Shown here: piece by piece, positions 24,915 to 27,032 of the stretch | How positions within the stretch are numbered: position 1 is the stretch's first letter | How the letters are laid out: every line of letters starts with the position of its first letter | Origin: a virus | Taxonomy: Duplodnaviria; Caudoviricetes | Reading direction: 5' to 3' (one strand) | DNA length: 27,032 nucleotides | IMG/VR virus record: IMGVR_UViG_3300005662_000186 | Coordinates: 1-27,032 of that record | Translations under genes and position numbers: made by a program | Notes under the pieces: generated by a model | The model's database searches: none | Told to the model about the DNA's origin: nothing | What the model saw: the letters and a program-made list of their open reading frames with translations, nothing else

Positions 24915-26828
24915 ATGAGCAGATCATTCTCGCTTGAGCAGCTCTCAGAGGGCATCAAGCAGCGCCACCTTGGCACAGTCAACAAGCGTCTCGTCGAGAA
25001 GTGGAACCGCACCGGTCTCCTCCGCGGCCTCGAGGGCCAGCGCCGTGAGAACATGGCGTCCCTCCTCGAGAACCAGGCGGCGCAGCTCCTCCGCGAGGTC
25101 AACAGCATCGGCGCCGGCGGTGGCAGCACCTCCGACTCCGGCGACCTCCGCGGCTTCACCAACATCGCCTTCCCCATCGTTCGTCGCGTGTTCGGCGGCC
25201 TCGTGGCCAACGAGCTCGTGTCGATCCAGCCGATGAGCCTCCCCTCGGGGCTGCTCTTCTACCTGGACTACACCTACGGCAACAACGTGGGCGGTGACGG
25301 CGGGACCAACGCGGCGACCTACGCCGCTGGCCAGTCGATCTACAACAGCCCCACCGGCAAGGGCGTCCAGAGCGGCTCTCTCGCCACCGGCGGTCAGTAC
25401 GACCTCGTGGGCACCGCGTTCTCCAAGGTGCACACCACGTCCAGCGGCAGCGGCCTCACGGTCCTCTTCCGCGGCGCGTTCGGCGCGAACTCCTCCCTCA
25501 CCAACGGCCTCCTCGCTCACGCGACCGGCTCTGACGGGAAGTTCCTGCAGTTCGACCCGCAGGTCGGCTCCCTCATTGAGGAGGACGCTCTCGCGAACGG
25601 CGCTCTCGACGGCACCGGCCGCTTCCAGTTCCTCATCCTCGATGCAGGCGCTAACAAGCTCACCGGCCTCGACACGACCAACGTGAAGTCGCTCGCGCTC
25701 TTCTCGAACTCCACCCAGGCGGACCGCGGCCTCGGCGTGATCCCGCAGACGATCCAGGGTGGCAGCAACATCCTGAACGTCCGTCGTCTCACCCAGCTCG
25801 GCACCTTCGCCGGCGGCGTGTTCACCCCTGACCCCCTCGTGACCCTCGGCACCACAAACGCCGCGATCCTCACGGTCGTCTCGGGCGCCTACACTCCCGC
25901 AGCTGGCGCTGGCGACACTGCCACGCTCCTCACCGCGTCCTTCGCCAAGGCCGACACCTTCAGCGCTAACGCGACTGACGGCTCAGCCCTGACCGTGCCG
26001 GTGTTCGAGTCGGACTTCAGCACCTCCAACCCCTCGCCGGCCATCCCCGAGATCGACATCAAGATCGAGTCGATCGCGGTCACCGCCACGACCCGCAAGC
26101 TGCGCGCTCGCTGGTCGCCGGAGCTCGCTCAGGACCTGAACGCCTACCACAGCCTCGACGCTGAGGTGGAGCTCACTCAGATCCTCTCCGAGCAGATCGC
26201 GCTCGAGATCGACCGTGAGATCCTCAACGACCTCCTCACCCAGGCCAAGGGCGCGAACTTCTTCTGGTCGCGCGCTCCTGGCAAGTTCGTCAACAAGACG
26301 ACGGGCACCGAGGTCACTCGCAACACGTCTCTCACCCCCGGCCCCGCCTTCACCGGCACGGTCCGCGAGTGGTACGAGACGCTCATCGAGACGATCATCG
26401 ACGTGGGCAACGAGATCCACAGGAAGACCCTCCGCGGCTCGGCGAACTTCATCGTCGTCGGACCCGATGTGGCCACCGTCCTCGAGGCCTCGGTCTACTA
26501 CAAGCCGGCATACAGCATCGACGGCTCCGGCCAGGTCGGCGCTTCGATGTCCATCGGCGCGGAGAAGATCGGCACGCTCAGCAACCGCTTCACGGTCTAC
26601 AAGGATCCCTACTTCCCCAGGAACAAGATCCTCGTCGGCTTCAAGGGCGGCAGCTACCTCGAGACCGGCTACGTCTACGCTCCGTACGTGCCGCTCATCG
26701 TCACGCCGACCATCTTCGCGCCAGAGGACTTCACCCCGAGGAAGGGCGTGATGACTCGCTACGGCAAGAAGATGGTTCGCGCCGACTTCTACGGAACTGT
26801 CACCTGCATCGACATGAACATCATCTAG
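24915..26828 (+). CDS. Major capsid protein (T4 gp23-like, 637 aa)
   Basis: LLENQ, PIVRRVF, VSIQPMSLPSGLLFYL, TRKLRARWSPELAQDLNAYHSLDAEVEL, EIDREIL, YAPYVPL, FTPRKGVMTRYG. CAGGAG RBS and very strong C-ending codon bias. Confidence 0.96.
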   Translation: MSRSFSLEQLSEGIKQRHLGTVNKRLVEKWNRTGLLRGLEGQRRENMASLLENQAAQLLREVNSIGAGGGSTSDSGDLRGFTNIAFPIVRRVFGGLVANELVSIQPMSLPSGLLFYLDYTYGNNVGGDGGTNAATYAAGQSIYNSPTGKGVQSGSLATGGQYDLVGTAFSKVHTTSSGSGLTVLFRGAFGANSSLTNGLLAHATGSDGKFLQFDPQVGSLIEEDALANGALDGTGRFQFLILDAGANKLTGLDTTNVKSLALFSNSTQADRGLGVIPQTIQGGSNILNVRRLTQLGTFAGGVFTPDPLVTLGTTNAAILTVVSGAYTPAAGAGDTATLLTASFAKADTFSANATDGSALTVPVFESDFSTSNPSPAIPEIDIKIESIAVTATTRKLRARWSPELAQDLNAYHSLDAEVELTQILSEQIALEIDREILNDLLTQAKGANFFWSRAPGKFVNKTTGTEVTRNTSLTPGPAFTGTVREWYETLIETIIDVGNEIHRKTLRGSANFIVVGPDVATVLEASVYYKPAYSIDGSGQVGASMSIGAEKIGTLSNRFTVYKDPYFPRNKILVGFKGGSYLETGYVYAPYVPLIVTPTIFAPEDFTPRKGVMTRYGKKMVRADFYGTVTCIDMNII

Positions 26829-26871
26829 TTGAAATCCGTCTAGGTTGCAAGACCTAGGCGGCTAGATGATG
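26819..26871 (+). other. Long bulged RNA stem-loop overlapping the capsid stop codon
   Basis: CATCATCTAG (26819-28) pairs perfectly with CTAGATGATG (26862-71). Inner stem CCGTCTAGGTT/GACCTAGGCGG (11 bp, two G-U) is closed by a GCAA loop. Confidence 0.8.
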
Positions 26872-26909
26872 GCGGGCCACTCTTCGCGGAGTGGCCCGCT
26901 TTCTTTTCT
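26872..26909 (+). terminator. Rho-independent terminator of the head operon
   Basis: GCGGGCCACTC-TTCGCG-GAGTGGCCCGC 11-bp stem followed by TTTCTTTTCT. Confidence 0.9.
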
Positions 26910-26921
26910 CTGCGCTTCTCG

Positions 26922-26953
26922 TTGTACACCCGCCTCTAAATAGATTATATCTT
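26922..26953 (+). promoter_or_regulatory. Possible sigma70-like promoter for the next gene
   Basis: TTGTAC followed by an AT-rich TAAATAGATTATATCTT block, just after the terminator and before an AGGAGG RBS. Spacing is not cleanly canonical. Confidence 0.4.
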
Positions 26954-26968
26954 TAGCAGGAGGCACAG

Positions 26969-27032
26969 ATGGAGCCTGAGAACACCCTGTACTGCACAGT
27001 TGTGGACATACCCCTCATGGGCAGGACACGAG
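26969..27032 (+). CDS. Start of a downstream gene (MEPENTLYCTVVDIPLMGRTR..., truncated by window end)
   Basis: AGGAGG at 26958-26963, ATG at 26969, frame open to the end of the window. Confidence 0.6.
   Translation, partial: MEPENTLYCTVVDIPLMGRTR

Noticed and set aside
24934-26857. Several long alternative-frame and antisense ORFs over the capsid gene (and similar ones across the window)
   Set aside because: Expected shadows of strong GC-rich codon bias; low-complexity Arg/Ser/Pro translations with no RBS or motifs.
26826-26857. Capsid C-terminal extension by readthrough or frameshift
   Set aside because: In-frame readthrough meets another TAG after four codons, and the overlapping alternative ORF ends at 26857, so no domain could be added.
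1-27032. Alternative genetic code, tRNA genes, CRISPR array, introns
   Set aside because: Conserved genes are full length in the standard code and end in all three stops. Intergenic gaps are 70 bp or less except after the capsid gene. No cloverleaf or repeat-spacer pattern was seen.

Overview
A 27 kb segment of a large, GC-rich (roughly 60%, estimated by eye) tailed dsDNA phage with a T4-like head module. From left to right: (i) Ser/Thr/Gly-rich putative virion/baseplate genes on both strands (1-9372), including an FN3-like protein, a LamG-like protein and two paralogues ending in R/K-LDF; (ii) a DNA-metabolism cassette (RuvC-like resolvase, Zn-finger/TOPRIM primase, single-chain Mre11/SbcD-Rad50/SbcC fusion, small Zn-finger protein); (iii) a head-morphogenesis cluster (large terminase, portal, prohead protease, several probable core/internal proteins, acidic scaffold, gp23-like major capsid protein) followed by a structured 3' end and terminator. 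The most striking item is a 403-aa HNH-containing intein in the portal gene. It starts with Pro, has Cys at block F4 like class 3 inteins, but lacks the other class 3 signature residues and ends in Arg-Asn. Other points of interest: a charge-complementary insert in the Mre11 nuclease, a C-x6-C hook, a recurring TAnnTA upstream motif, a probable internal start in the scaffold gene, and a long hairpin that buries the capsid stop codon. All calls come from motif recognition by eye; no database searches were run.
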